From an uncultured Lachnospiraceae bacterium (lineage in GTDB: Bacteria; Bacillota; Clostridia; Lachnospirales; Lachnospiraceae), in assembly GCA_947626505.1 (NCBI GenBank), contig CANQSN010000004.1, positions 3,980-67,979 of the forward strand: DNA of 64,000 nucleotides, read 5' to 3'. A program made the position numbers and the translations under genes. Of this stretch, positions 19,543-29,238 are shown piece after piece (positions within the stretch are counted from its first letter, which is position 1; each line of letters starts with the position of its first letter). The notes beneath the pieces are model-generated. The model ran no database searches. It saw only the letters and a program-made list of their open reading frames with translations, and was not told the origin of the DNA.

Positions 19543-21243
19543 ATGGAGCAGAAGGTAAGTTTAATTCATTCTTTTCGAGGCAAGGTTTTTATTATGATAG
19601 TTGTGGCGGTAGTATTTACCGGAGCTTTAATGGTATGGAATTATTCGCCTAACGTTAAGTCAAGTATTTCAAGCATATCAAAGAATTATCTGGAAGATTT
19701 GTCAGAGGCTTATGGTATCATGCTTGAAGGCGAAGTTGAAACTGTTGGCAAGGAAAAGGTGCTTACGACTGAGTACCTGTCGGAACATCTGGCGGATTTA
19801 AAGCTTAGGGGTGTTGAGTCAAGCTATGCATATTTGGTTTCGCCGGAGGGAATCATGATGTATCATCCGACGCCGGAGAAGATTGGGGAGCCGGTTGAGA
19901 ACGAGGTAGTAAAGAAATGCGTTTCAGACATTGAAGCCGGTAAGAAGATTGATAATGGAATTGTGGAGTACGAATTTAAAGGCGTAATAAAATATGCGGC
20001 TGTTTATGTAAATGAAACACAGGATTTTATTCTTGTAGTAACTACAGATGAATCAGAGATTTTGCAGCCGATATATGATATGAACCGAAGGGGAATTATA
20101 GGCGTGCTTCTCTGTCTTGTGATTTGCGCAGTTATTGGGTTTGTTATGGCGACAAGGCTTGTAAGACCTATTTTGCATACAGTGCGTTTGACTGCAAGAA
20201 TTGCCAAGATGGATTTTAGGGAGGATATTGAGCAGCAGACTTTGAATAAACGCAAGGACGAGATGGGGTTGATGGCAAGGTCTATCAACGAGCTGCAGAA
20301 TGAGCTTTGTTCAATGACCAGCGCCATTAAGCAGAACAGTGTTACGTTAAAGGAGGCGGCGGAATTACTTAAGGTTAATTCTGCCGATACCAATATGACT
20401 ATGGAGCAGGTTGAGAATGCGGTAAATGAGATTGCTAACGGCGCAACTTCTCAGGCTGACGAAACGCAAAAAGCTACAGAGAACGTAGTCGCTATGGGTA
20501 AAATGGTGGAGGATACCAACGAGAAGGTAGATAAACTGATGGATTCTGCAAGGCGTATGAAAGAGGCTAATCAGAATGCACAGCAGATTTTAACTGAGCT
20601 TAAGGATATTAGCGTTCGTTCTGAGCAGCATATTGACGTTATTGCTAAGCAGACGGATGTAACTAATGAATCTGCTTTGCGTATCGGTGAGGCAACTAAG
20701 GTGATTGCAGAGATTGCAGAGGAGACTAACCTTTTGTCCCTGAATGCTTCTATTGAAGCGGCAAGAGCTGGTGAACAGGGAAGGGGCTTTGCAGTTGTGG
20801 CAAGTGAGATTCAGAAGCTTGCAGAGCAGTCGACAGACTCTGCTAAAGTTATTGATGATATCATTAAGATGCTTCTTGCAGATTCTGAGAAGGCTGTGGA
20901 GACAATGGGGCAGGTTAAGAAGATTATCAAAGAGCAGACTGCTCATATGGAGCGTACAGACGACGCCTTTGAGAAGATTCAGCAGGGCGTTACAGAGTCT
21001 ATAGATGGCATGAAGGTTATTGCAGATAAGACAAAGGCTTTAGATGAAGCCCGTATTGGAGTTGTAGATGTAGTTAATAATTTGACTGCCATTGCACAGG
21101 AGAATGCAGCTTCCACAGAGGAAACCAGCGCTTCTGTTGTAGAGGTGGCAAGCATTGTAACAGGTATTTCCGATAAGGCTGAGGAATTAAACGGATTGGC
21201 TGAGGAAATGATGGATAAAATGAGTGTGTTTAAGGTGAATTAA
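19543..21243 (+). CDS. Methyl-accepting chemotaxis protein (Cache, HAMP, MCP signal domain)
   Basis: [29 protein letters not shown]; YHP Cache motif; two TMs. Confidence 0.95.
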   Translation: MEQKVSLIHSFRGKVFIMIVVAVVFTGALMVWNYSPNVKSSISSISKNYLEDLSEAYGIMLEGEVETVGKEKVLTTEYLSEHLADLKLRGVESSYAYLVSPEGIMMYHPTPEKIGEPVENEVVKKCVSDIEAGKKIDNGIVEYEFKGVIKYAAVYVNETQDFILVVTTDESEILQPIYDMNRRGIIGVLLCLVICAVIGFVMATRLVRPILHTVRLTARIAKMDFREDIEQQTLNKRKDEMGLMARSINELQNELCSMTSAIKQNSVTLKEAAELLKVNSADTNMTMEQVENAVNEIANGATSQADETQKATENVVAMGKMVEDTNEKVDKLMDSARRMKEANQNAQQILTELKDISVRSEQHIDVIAKQTDVTNESALRIGEATKVIAEIAEETNLLSLNASIEAARAGEQGRGFAVVASEIQKLAEQSTDSAKVIDDIIKMLLADSEKAVETMGQVKKIIKEQTAHMERTDDAFEKIQQGVTESIDGMKVIADKTKALDEARIGVVDVVNNLTAIAQENAASTEETSASVVEVASIVTGISDKAEELNGLAEEMMDKMSVFKVN

Positions 21244-21294
21244 TAAAAGTTTGCAGATTGAGTTTTGCAATGCCTGTGAATAACATTATTGCAT

Positions 21295-21320
21295 AAAAGG
21301 GCTGTATAGACAGCCCTTTT
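21295..21320. terminator. Bidirectional intrinsic terminator
   Basis: aaaagggctgt-atag-acagccctttt. Confidence 0.85.
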
Positions 21321-22027
21321 TAAGTGTATTCAAGTATAGAGTAGGGGATTCCCTTAGAGTCTGTAAGCAGAGTGATAAGACGCAAGGAGTTATGGTACTG
21401 TTTTACAAGGATTGTGTCTGAAAGCATTGCAGAGCGTTGATACTCCACTCTAACCTGACTGAAGCTGTAATCCCTTGGGAGATAGTCGCAGGCTATAGTG
21501 ATATACTGGCAGTTGTTCATGTGACCGTACATATCAAGCTGCGAGGGCATTACAGTAAGGGAGCCGGACTCTTTATATGCATTTTCAGGAATATCCTTTA
21601 TATCAATTCTTCTTGGAGCGTATTCCATTGGGTAGGCTGGCTCTGGTTTATAGCATTCATATTGGTCTTTAGTAATGCGCGTTGGGCGCTGCTTTGTCTT
21701 ATCAAAGTAAGTCCAGATGGAGTTGGCGTTTACAATGGCAGCTCCGGTTTTATCTTTTATCAGGAAGTTGCGGTGGCCTTCTATGCCTTTTAGCATATGG
21801 GGCAGAGTACATATCGTTATGGGTTCGCTAAGCTTTGGATACCGTTTTATCTGAATCTGCCATGAGTTTAGTATCCATGCATAATTTCCCAGTTTTTCAA
21901 CACCGCTTCCTACGGTTTCTGAATGAAATTCCGAACAGTCCTGAAAATAGTTAATAATTCCGGAAAGTGATAGAAGCTGATTGGCGTCCGTTTCGCTGAA
22001 ACGGACTATACTGTCAAACGTAAACAT
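21320..22027 (-). CDS. Acyl-ACP thioesterase
   Basis: VRFSETD, YFQD, DMYGHMNN..Y. Confidence 0.85.
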   Translation of the reverse strand: MFTFDSIVRFSETDANQLLSLSGIINYFQDCSEFHSETVGSGVEKLGNYAWILNSWQIQIKRYPKLSEPITICTLPHMLKGIEGHRNFLIKDKTGAAIVNANSIWTYFDKTKQRPTRITKDQYECYKPEPAYPMEYAPRRIDIKDIPENAYKESGSLTVMPSQLDMYGHMNNCQYITIACDYLPRDYSFSQVRVEYQRSAMLSDTILVKQYHNSLRLITLLTDSKGIPYSILEYT

Positions 22028-22048
22028 GATTTTTCTCCTTAATTATTC

Positions 22049-22068
22049 AAGACTCGCTTTAGAGTCTT
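22049..22068 (-). repeat. Partial copy (second hairpin only) of the intergenic repeat
   Basis: Reverse complement aagactctaaagcgagtctt versus aagactcgcaagcgagtctt. Confidence 0.5.
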
Positions 22069-22083
22069 ATCCCGTATGATAAA

Positions 22084-23148
22084 CTATTTGCTGACTTCTA
22101 ATATTAAGTCCATAATAGTATCAACCGGGTTTGCCTGCTTGCTTTCGCTCATGTGGGCAATATATTGTTTGCGGTTGTTATAGACTTCGTTTATGGCGCC
22201 GACAAGTATATCTCCGGTAATATCTTTTTCCTGTATAACTTTGCTGTAGCCCTGTTTTTCAAAGGAGGCGGCGTTTAAAATCTGGTCGCCCCTGCTTGCT
22301 TCGGCAGATAAGGGAATTAAAATGTTTGGTTTTTTAAGCGCCAAAAGCTCGCAGATTGCATTTGCTCCTGCTCGCGATACTACTACGTCTGCCAGCGCAA
22401 GGAAGCTTGCCAGTTCCTTTTTTACGTACTCATATTGACGATAACCCTTTTTGTTATCAAGCGAGGGTTCTAAATGTCCTTTTCCACAGCAGTGTATAAT
22501 CTGAAAATTGGAAAGCAGCTCGTTAAGATTATCTCTGATTGCATTGTTTATGGCAACAGAGCCTAAGCTTCCTCCTATTACCATAAGAGTCGGCTTTTCC
22601 TGACTGAAATGGAGGTATTCTAAGGCGTCAAGCTTATTGCCTTCAAAAAGCTCCTTGCGGATGGGCGAGCCAGTAAGCACAGCTTTGCCCTCCGGTAAAT
22701 GTTCTATAGTTTCAGGAAAGTTACAGCATACCTTTGTAGCACAGGGGATTGACAGCTTATTAGCCAGTCCCGGAGTCATGTCGCTTTCGTGGATAATACA
22801 AGGGATAGACAGACGCTTGGCAGCCAATACCACAGGTACTGAAACAAAGCCGCCTTTGGAAAATACTATATCCGGCTTTAACGCCTTAAGTAAGGTATAG
22901 GCTTCTCTGCAGCCCTTTAATACACGAAACGGATCTGAAAAATTTTTTATATCAAAATAACGACGCAGCTTTCCTGAAGAAATTCCATGATATGGAAGCT
23001 TCATTTCCTCGATAAGTTTTTTCTCAATTCCTTCGTAAGAACCGATATAATGGATATCATAGCCTGCCGCTTTTAAATCGGGAATCAGCGCCATGTTTGG
23101 AGTGACATGTCCGGCGGTGCCGCCGCCTGTAAGTATGATTCGTTTCAT
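22084..23148 (-). CDS. murG: Undecaprenyl-PP-MurNAc-pentapeptide GlcNAc transferase
   Basis: [34 protein letters not shown]. Confidence 0.95.
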   Translation of the reverse strand: MKRIILTGGGTAGHVTPNMALIPDLKAAGYDIHYIGSYEGIEKKLIEEMKLPYHGISSGKLRRYFDIKNFSDPFRVLKGCREAYTLLKALKPDIVFSKGGFVSVPVVLAAKRLSIPCIIHESDMTPGLANKLSIPCATKVCCNFPETIEHLPEGKAVLTGSPIRKELFEGNKLDALEYLHFSQEKPTLMVIGGSLGSVAINNAIRDNLNELLSNFQIIHCCGKGHLEPSLDNKKGYRQYEYVKKELASFLALADVVVSRAGANAICELLALKKPNILIPLSAEASRGDQILNAASFEKQGYSKVIQEKDITGDILVGAINEVYNNRKQYIAHMSESKQANPVDTIMDLILEVSK

Positions 23149-23181
23149 AAAAATCCTCCTGCATTTTCAAAATTAATATTA

Positions 23182-23418
23182 TTAAAGGCTCTGTTTTAAT
23201 GCAATTGCCAGTTGGTCGGGACAGGAGGTTGGTTTAAAGCCGCATTTGATTCCTGATAAACGGGAAATGGCCTCCTGTACGTCCATGCCTTCTATAAGGG
23301 CGCTTACTCCCTGCGTATTGCCGGCGCAGCCTCCTTCAAACTTTACGTTTCTTACTTTGTTATCTATAATATCATAAGTTATTTTTCTGGAACATGTTCC
23401 GCTTGTAGAGTATTCCAT
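23182..23418 (-). CDS. TSCPD-domain protein (TIGR03905-like)
   Basis: GTCS, GGC.GN, C..K.TSCPDQLA. Confidence 0.85.
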   Translation of the reverse strand: MEYSTSGTCSRKITYDIIDNKVRNVKFEGGCAGNTQGVSALIEGMDVQEAISRLSGIKCGFKPTSCPDQLAIALKQSL

Positions 23419-23526
23419 GATAATCCTCCTTAATTAAATTGCCTATTTGAAGCTCGTGTGTTATGATTATAGCACATGGGTTTTAAATAGGCAATTGCTT
23501 AAAATGGAGGCCGCGCTTAGTATTGT

Positions 23527-23576
23527 GTCTGCCAAAGCGGATACGGATACTAAGACAGGACTTTAAAGCAAGTCTT
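23527..23576 (+). repeat. Degenerate copy of the two-hairpin repeat
   Basis: gtctgccaaagcggat-N14-aggactttaaagcaagtctt; same 16+14+20 layout. Confidence 0.55.
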
Positions 23577-23604
23577 TAAAAAATCAAAGAAAGGAAGGCT
23601 TGAA

Positions 23605-24303
23605 ATGGAACGTATTGGAATTATCGGAGCTATGGATGAGGAGGTAGCGCAGCTTAAGGGGCTTATGCATGGAATGGAAGAAGTGGCAAAGGCAGGCATG
23701 GTTTTTGCAAAAGGCGAGCTTTGGGGAAAGGATACTGTGGTTGTAGTAAGCGGAATCGGAAAGGTGAATATGGCAGTATGCACTCAGGCGCTTATTGATA
23801 TTTTTGATGTTGATACATTGATAAATACCGGTGTGGCAGGAAGTCTGGATAATGACATTGATATCGGAGATATTGTGCTGTCAACAAAGGCGCAGCAGCA
23901 TGATATGGACGTCAGCGCTTTGGGAGATCCTGTGGGAATTATTCCAAGAATGGAGGAGTCTGTTTTTAAGGCGGACGAACATTTGATAGAGGTGGCAAGG
24001 GAGGCGTGTAAGGAGGCTAATCCGGATATAAAATGCTTTACCGGCAAGGTCGTCAGCGGCGACCAGTTCATTGCCTCTAAGGATAAGAAGGATTACTTGG
24101 TTAAGACCTTTGGCGGACGCTGCGCAGAGATGGAGGGCGCAGCTATGGCTCATGTCGCATATCTTAACAACATTCCGTTCCTTATAATACGCGCCATTTC
24201 TGATAAAGCGGACAATTCAGGACATGAGGATTATTCTGCATTTGCAAAGAAAGCAATTGTACATAGTGTAAAGCTTTTAGAGGCGATGTATAATAAGCTT
24301 TAA
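23605..24303 (+). CDS. mtnN: 5'-methylthioadenosine/S-adenosylhomocysteine nucleosidase
   Basis: IGIIGAM.EE, SGIGKVN, INTGVAG, SGDQF, EMEGAA, RAISD. Confidence 0.95.
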   Translation: MERIGIIGAMDEEVAQLKGLMHGMEEVAKAGMVFAKGELWGKDTVVVVSGIGKVNMAVCTQALIDIFDVDTLINTGVAGSLDNDIDIGDIVLSTKAQQHDMDVSALGDPVGIIPRMEESVFKADEHLIEVAREACKEANPDIKCFTGKVVSGDQFIASKDKKDYLVKTFGGRCAEMEGAAMAHVAYLNNIPFLIIRAISDKADNSGHEDYSAFAKKAIVHSVKLLEAMYNKL

Positions 24304-24344
24304 ACAATGTTCCATACAGTAAAACAAAGATTGGTACTGCCTTT

Positions 24345-24364
24345 TGTCGAAATAGGCTGTCGAA
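24345..24364 (+). promoter_or_regulatory. Tandem Spo0A boxes
   Basis: TGTCGAA at 24345-24351 and 24358-24364. Confidence 0.5.
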
Positions 24365-24472
24365 ACTTAGAGTATGCTTTTTCTTTTCTCTTTTTTTTAA
24401 ATGAGCTATGATGATAATAGCCACAAGGGCATTAAGGTGCAAAGAGATTGTGGGATTGTTGAATATTAGCGA

Positions 24473-25348
24473 TTGAAAGGAGATTTGAAAAGAATGGGTT
24501 TTCAATATGAATTGTGGCTGTCCAGATGGCCGGCGCTTTATGTTATGTTAGGAATTTGCATAGTTGGAATATGCGCCAAAATGCTGGCGGGCGTTTCCTG
24601 CCATATATTAGCGAAGCAGGTTAGAAGACTATATAAGGGGCAGGAGATAAGCAGCAGGGGCATCACTAAAAATTTGCTGACGGATTATGAGAGGCATATA
24701 CGAAAAGGCGAGTATATTGAAGAGGTGGACAATTACATAGAAGGAGCACTTTCTAACCAGCGGATTTTAGGGATTCCTGTGTATCAATTGGAAAATTGCA
24801 ATCTTATGGCCATTGTACTTTGTTTTACCATGGGGGTGATTTGCAGTCTGGTGGCATTTTTAAATGGTGCAAGGGACAATGAGATTGTGTTTATTTTTAC
24901 AGCCGGATTGATGTTTACGGGAATTTCTGTTGTTGCAGAGGTGTTTTTCCGTGTGGATTATAACCGTATGTATTATTTGCTGGGTATGCATAATTATTTA
25001 ACAAATGATTTGTATTTTAAACTTCAGCGGGACATGCTTCAGGAGCAGAAGGTAAGCGATGCCAGAGAGGAGAGAAAGCGTTTGCTTTATCAGGAGGCGG
25101 CAGCGGCAGTAATATCTGACAAGGAGGAAGAGGCTAAAGAGCCGGAGAGTCAGGACAGGCAGAGCGCGCAGGCTCGTATTTTGGAGCAGGTGGCAAAGGC
25201 GAGGCAGCAGTCAAGGGATATGGGGGTTAAGGTTTCCCAAAAGAGAGAGGACGAAGAGAATTTTGAAAATGCCAGCATGGCAGCGGCGGTTGAGCCTGAG
25301 CTTGATAATGATATGCTTGAAGATATTTTGAGAAGCTTTTTGATGTGA
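24473..25348 (+). CDS. Hypothetical membrane protein with acidic, coiled C-terminus
   Basis: 291-aa ORF, three TM-like segments, host-like codon usage. Confidence 0.7.
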   Translation: MKGDLKRMGFQYELWLSRWPALYVMLGICIVGICAKMLAGVSCHILAKQVRRLYKGQEISSRGITKNLLTDYERHIRKGEYIEEVDNYIEGALSNQRILGIPVYQLENCNLMAIVLCFTMGVICSLVAFLNGARDNEIVFIFTAGLMFTGISVVAEVFFRVDYNRMYYLLGMHNYLTNDLYFKLQRDMLQEQKVSDAREERKRLLYQEAAAAVISDKEEEAKEPESQDRQSAQARILEQVAKARQQSRDMGVKVSQKREDEENFENASMAAAVEPELDNDMLEDILRSFLM

Positions 25349-25351
25349 GTA

Positions 25352-25380
25352 GAATAGTAATATTAGTATTTGCATATATT
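25352..25380 (+). promoter_or_regulatory. Sporulation-sigma-like promoter
   Basis: gaata-N16-catatatt upstream of the deacetylase. Confidence 0.4.
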
Positions 25381-25413
25381 TATAATTAAAGAAGGTAGAA
25401 ATGGATTCCGGCT

Positions 25414-26427
25414 ATGGTGGAGACCTTTGCAAGGAAAGAAAAGATAAGCAGTGCAATAAAAAGAGCGGTATGCGTCCTTTTTGCAGCGCTGCTTTTTTTA
25501 TGTCTGGCAGGCTGTGATATTAAGGTGGCGCAGCATGAGGATTACAAGTCGGGTTTTGACGGAAAAAAGGCGGAGGATACGGAGGTTGAAAATGGAGATG
25601 ATAAAGCGGATAAAGACGGTCAGAAAAATGTTAAGGAAGGCAGCAGTCAGAAAAAGGAGGATAAAAATAAATTTGCAGAAGCGGCAGAGTTAGTAAAGAA
25701 AAAGGATTATTCCGCTTTGCCAAAGAAATTTAATTCATGGTGGTTTAAGCGTAATATGGATCATTTGCAAAGCGGCGCGCAGGAAGATTTTGACATCGGG
25801 AAATATAATGCTGTTTATGTTGATAAAAAAGCTATGGAAGGGAAAGCGGTAGATAAAGTTATTTATTTAACCTTTGACTGCGGTTACGATAACGGTTATA
25901 CAAACGGTATACTTGACGTGCTTAAAAAACATAAGGCTCCTGCGACGTTTTTTGTGACACAGACCTATATAAGAGATAATAAGGAGATTGTGAAGCGCAT
26001 GAAGGAGGAGGGGCATACGGTAGGAAACCACACTATTACACATCCCAATTTAAGTGAAGCTTCAGTGGATAAAATTGTGGAGGAGATTGTGGGATGCCAG
26101 CAGTATATGAAAGAGGCTGTCGGATATGATATGGATGCATTTTTCCGTCCGCCAAAGGGTGAATACAGCGAGTATCTTTTGCAGGTGGCGAAGGATTTAG
26201 GTTATACTACAGTGTTTTGGAGTATAGCTTATCTTGATTATGATGTGAATAATCAGCCCAGTGTCGACCATGTTATTGAGCATTGGGGTAAATACTATCA
26301 TCCCGGGGCAATTCCCCTGATTCATAATGTATCTTCGGCAAATGCAGCAGCGCTTGATACTATACTTACCAATCTGGAAAAAGAGGGTTATCGTTTTGGC
26401 AGTCTTTGCGATATAAAAATAGAATAG
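25414..26427 (+). CDS. pdaA: Polysaccharide deacetylase lipoprotein, PdaA-like (spore cortex muramic delta-lactam)
   Basis: YLTFDCGY, GNHT..HP, FRPPKGEYS, VFWS.AY.D, HPGAI.LIH; lipobox LAGC. Confidence 0.8.
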   Translation: MVETFARKEKISSAIKRAVCVLFAALLFLCLAGCDIKVAQHEDYKSGFDGKKAEDTEVENGDDKADKDGQKNVKEGSSQKKEDKNKFAEAAELVKKKDYSALPKKFNSWWFKRNMDHLQSGAQEDFDIGKYNAVYVDKKAMEGKAVDKVIYLTFDCGYDNGYTNGILDVLKKHKAPATFFVTQTYIRDNKEIVKRMKEEGHTVGNHTITHPNLSEASVDKIVEEIVGCQQYMKEAVGYDMDAFFRPPKGEYSEYLLQVAKDLGYTTVFWSIAYLDYDVNNQPSVDHVIEHWGKYYHPGAIPLIHNVSSANAAALDTILTNLEKEGYRFGSLCDIKIE

Positions 26428-26432
26428 TGAAA

Positions 26433-26657
26433 GACAATTTTTATGACACAACGTTTCTGGATTTAAGATGCACCATTGACAGTGACAACTGAATCATTTA
26501 CGGGCATAACATAAATGGCGGCAGGATGTTCGGTGTACTTCATGCGTATTTAGGTGAGAGTTATTATAAAGAACATCCGGAAATCCGTTTCCACCTGTAT
26601 AAGCTGGGTGGGACGGTATGCAAGGTTGTTGATGATTTCGGTAAGGGAAAACAGTAG
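26433..26657 (+). pseudogene. Internal fragment of a class B sortase with an in-frame stop
   Basis: Reads TFLDLRC..DSDN*IIYGHNINGGRMFGVLHAY..ESYYKEHPEIRF; IIYGHN..GxMF is the SrtB catalytic-His region; TGA at 26490-26492. Confidence 0.7.
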
Positions 26658-26689
26658 ATAGAATATCTTCTAAAAAAGAAATAAGGATA

Positions 26690-26755
26690 CCATTTACGAA
26701 GATTTTGTGCCATTCACGAAAAAATGCTGTTATATTGTGAAATAAATGTTAAAGT
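26690..26755 (+). promoter_or_regulatory. Putative LytTR-bound direct repeat and extended -10 upstream of the peptide ORF
   Basis: ccatttacgaa (26690) and ccattcacgaa (26710), 20-bp period; TGtTAAAGT at 26747-26755. Confidence 0.65.
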
Positions 26756-26800
26756 AGAATTATCAATAAACCAAGAGTTATAGCGAGAAAGGAGAAAGTT

Positions 26801-26854
26801 ATGATGACAATAGATATTAATTTATTTTATTGGCTTTTGAAATATTGGCCGTAA
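26801..26854 (+). CDS. Unannotated 17-aa peptide MMTIDINLFYWLLKYWP, candidate signalling peptide
   Basis: RBS gaaaggag just upstream, own promoter and terminator, next to the TCS. Confidence 0.6.
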   Translation: MMTIDINLFYWLLKYWP

Positions 26855-26890
26855 TTCTTTATGCAGATAATTGGTATAAGGATACAATGA

Positions 26891-26932
26891 AAAATACCAG
26901 CTGATTTTACGGAAAATTAGTTGGTATTTTTT
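26891..26932 (+). terminator. Intrinsic terminator after the peptide ORF
   Basis: aaaataccagctgatttt-acgg-aaaattagttggtatttt followed by T-rich tract. Confidence 0.75.
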
Positions 26933-27029
26933 GTTTTGCCCCGTTATTTTACTTGTGATAGATATAGATTTATGTAATAATAATAAAAAGTTTCCTGATG
27001 GTTAATATATTTTTAAAGCAAAAGGCGAT

Positions 27030-28334
27030 GTGCAAATGATTAAAAGTATATATTATGTTTTAGAAATTATAAAATTTCTTGTAATTTATCTCTTAGGGTT
27101 TTCTATGCCACTGACAAAAAGTTATAGAAAAGGGGTGCTTGTCTGTATTGTGGCTGTTTTTATGGGATTATTACAGAAGTATTGTAATTTGAGCGTTATA
27201 TATCCGATTCTATACATAATGTTTGCATTTTTTTCGTTTTATATTTTGTTTGAGAAAATTACATTTAATGATGTGGCTATTATTTTTTGGTCTATCGGCG
27301 TAATATTGTCAACGGATACAATTAGTTATGTACTATTGAAGCTGGTGCTACAGGAAACAGTTTCTCAACTTAAATCATATCAGGATTTGTATGCGAGTTT
27401 CATAACAATAATTATCTTGGCTGTTATTTTTGGAGTTGTATCACATAATCGAAAAACTGCGTTGCGGGAGATATCGCTTGGGTATTTTATTTCTTTTTTA
27501 ATTATTTGCGTGGTTAATGCTTTTATTTTGGCACTTGTCGAAAAAAAGCTTATGAATATACATGGGGAATTTACATGGCTCTATGTTATGTTAGTGCTCA
27601 GTTCTTTGGTTCAGATGGCTTTTGTTCTGGTTTTGGCGTCTTCAAATAACTGGCATCGAAAGAATGAAGAATTAAAAGAGCAATATCTGGAACTCCAAGT
27701 AGGGCATTATCAGTATCTGGAAGAAAGGAATTATGAAACAAAGAAATTCAGACATGATTTGAAAACGCATATATATGTATTAAGACAATATATTAATGAA
27801 AGCCACTGGGATGAATTAAATGATTATTTAGATACAATTTGTGGGAAAATTGAGAATATACCAGGCTATATTAGTGTACATAACGAAACGGTGGATGCCA
27901 TTTTGAATTATTATAACAACCAATTTCTAAAAAAAGAATGTTCATTTAAGGTAATTGGAAGTCTACCACAGCAATGTCATGTCAGTGCATTTGATTTATG
28001 CACAATATTTTCTAATATATTATCTAATGCTCTAGAAAATGCAAGCTTAGAAGATGGACAGGTGGAGTTGTCCATTCATTTTGACAATGACATGATTTAT
28101 ATTAGAGAACGGAATACTTTTCAAGGTAATTTGAAAAGAAAAGATCAAGAGATTATAACTACGAAAGCAGAAAAGGATTTACATGGTTTTGGTATCCATA
28201 ATATCAAAGACAGTGTAGAAAAATACTTTGGAAGTGTGAATATAGAGATAATTAATAACGAATTTGTTATTGATATCATTATGGAAAATAAGAATCCGAA
28301 TGGAGAAGGCAGAAAAAAGTCGGGAAGGAATTAG
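27030..28334 (+). CDS. AgrC/ComD-like membrane histidine kinase (GHKL)
   Basis: 6-7 N-terminal TMs; FRHDLKTH H-box; DLCTIFSNILSNALE; HGFGIHNI. Confidence 0.88.
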   Translation: MQMIKSIYYVLEIIKFLVIYLLGFSMPLTKSYRKGVLVCIVAVFMGLLQKYCNLSVIYPILYIMFAFFSFYILFEKITFNDVAIIFWSIGVILSTDTISYVLLKLVLQETVSQLKSYQDLYASFITIIILAVIFGVVSHNRKTALREISLGYFISFLIICVVNAFILALVEKKLMNIHGEFTWLYVMLVLSSLVQMAFVLVLASSNNWHRKNEELKEQYLELQVGHYQYLEERNYETKKFRHDLKTHIYVLRQYINESHWDELNDYLDTICGKIENIPGYISVHNETVDAILNYYNNQFLKKECSFKVIGSLPQQCHVSAFDLCTIFSNILSNALENASLEDGQVELSIHFDNDMIYIRERNTFQGNLKRKDQEIITTKAEKDLHGFGIHNIKDSVEKYFGSVNIEIINNEFVIDIIMENKNPNGEGRKKSGRN

Positions 28335-28337
28335 AAA

Positions 28338-29039
28338 ATGAATATTGCAATTGTCGAAGATGAAAAAATCTGGTCTGACAAAATAGAGAAGTATGTCCGT
28401 AAATATTTTGGTAAGACAGATATACAAATCAAAGTTTTTTCAACCGGAGAAAAGTTTTTACAAACAACAAAGGAGTATCAGCTTGTCTTTATGGATATTG
28501 AGCTACCAAACAGAGACGGGTTTTCTATATTGCAGGAATATCGGATTAAACATGCGGATGCCTTGTTTATTATATTGACTACACATATTGAGTTGAGTAG
28601 ACAGGGATATAAAGTAGAGGCTTTCCGTTATATTGATAAGTTTCATATGGATGAAATAGAGGAAGCATTAGATAGTGCCATGTTACGTTTAGAAAAATAT
28701 CAAATAGTAGAGATACCGATGCCATTACTTTCTGTTCAAAAAATCCAATGCTATGATATTGTCTACTTTGAAGTTTACGATCATGATGTTTTGATGCATC
28801 TAAGGAATGGAGAGACATATCGTTGTTCAGAAACATTGCAGGAATTATCTAAAAGAATGACAGACAAAGGTTTTATTCTTACTAATAGATCTTATTTAGT
28901 TAATCTGGAACATATCAGAAAAGTAGAAAAAGACAAAGTTTATATTCTGGGAAATCAATCGTTACCATTAAGCAGAAGAAAATTTTCGGATGTTCGTAAA
29001 ATACATTTTGAATGGAAAATGCGAAGAGCAAATGGTTAA
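28338..29039 (+). CDS. LytTR-family response regulator (AgrA-like)
   Basis: IAIVEDE, FMDIEL..DG receiver; RSYLVNL.HI and LSRR LytTR motifs. Confidence 0.92.
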   Translation: MNIAIVEDEKIWSDKIEKYVRKYFGKTDIQIKVFSTGEKFLQTTKEYQLVFMDIELPNRDGFSILQEYRIKHADALFIILTTHIELSRQGYKVEAFRYIDKFHMDEIEEALDSAMLRLEKYQIVEIPMPLLSVQKIQCYDIVYFEVYDHDVLMHLRNGETYRCSETLQELSKRMTDKGFILTNRSYLVNLEHIRKVEKDKVYILGNQSLPLSRRKFSDVRKIHFEWKMRRANG

Positions 29040-29088
29040 GAACATTATGTAGCAGTATCTTGATCTTGATTTATAAAAAGCATACGAG

Positions 29089-29155
29089 ACGTTTGCGTAA
29101 TTATGCTACCATTCACGAAAAATAAAAGATTTTACATCTATCACTATGTTATGCT
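29089..29155 (+). promoter_or_regulatory. Second copy of the putative LytTR box plus extended -10, upstream of the Rhs gene
   Basis: ccattcacgaaaaa at 29109-29122, weaker acgtttgcgta 20 bp upstream; TGtTATGCT at 29147-29155. Confidence 0.65.
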
Positions 29156-29238
29156 TGTAGAAAATGTCTGTTTTGTTTTTTTAGAAATGGGCAGAGAGTT
29201 GCAAAAATTATGCATATGTGATGGAAGGAGAATCTAAG

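Noticed and set aside
26800-29039. Canonical agr (agrBDCA) locus
   Set aside because: No agrB, and the peptide lacks AgrD length and the ring-forming Cys.
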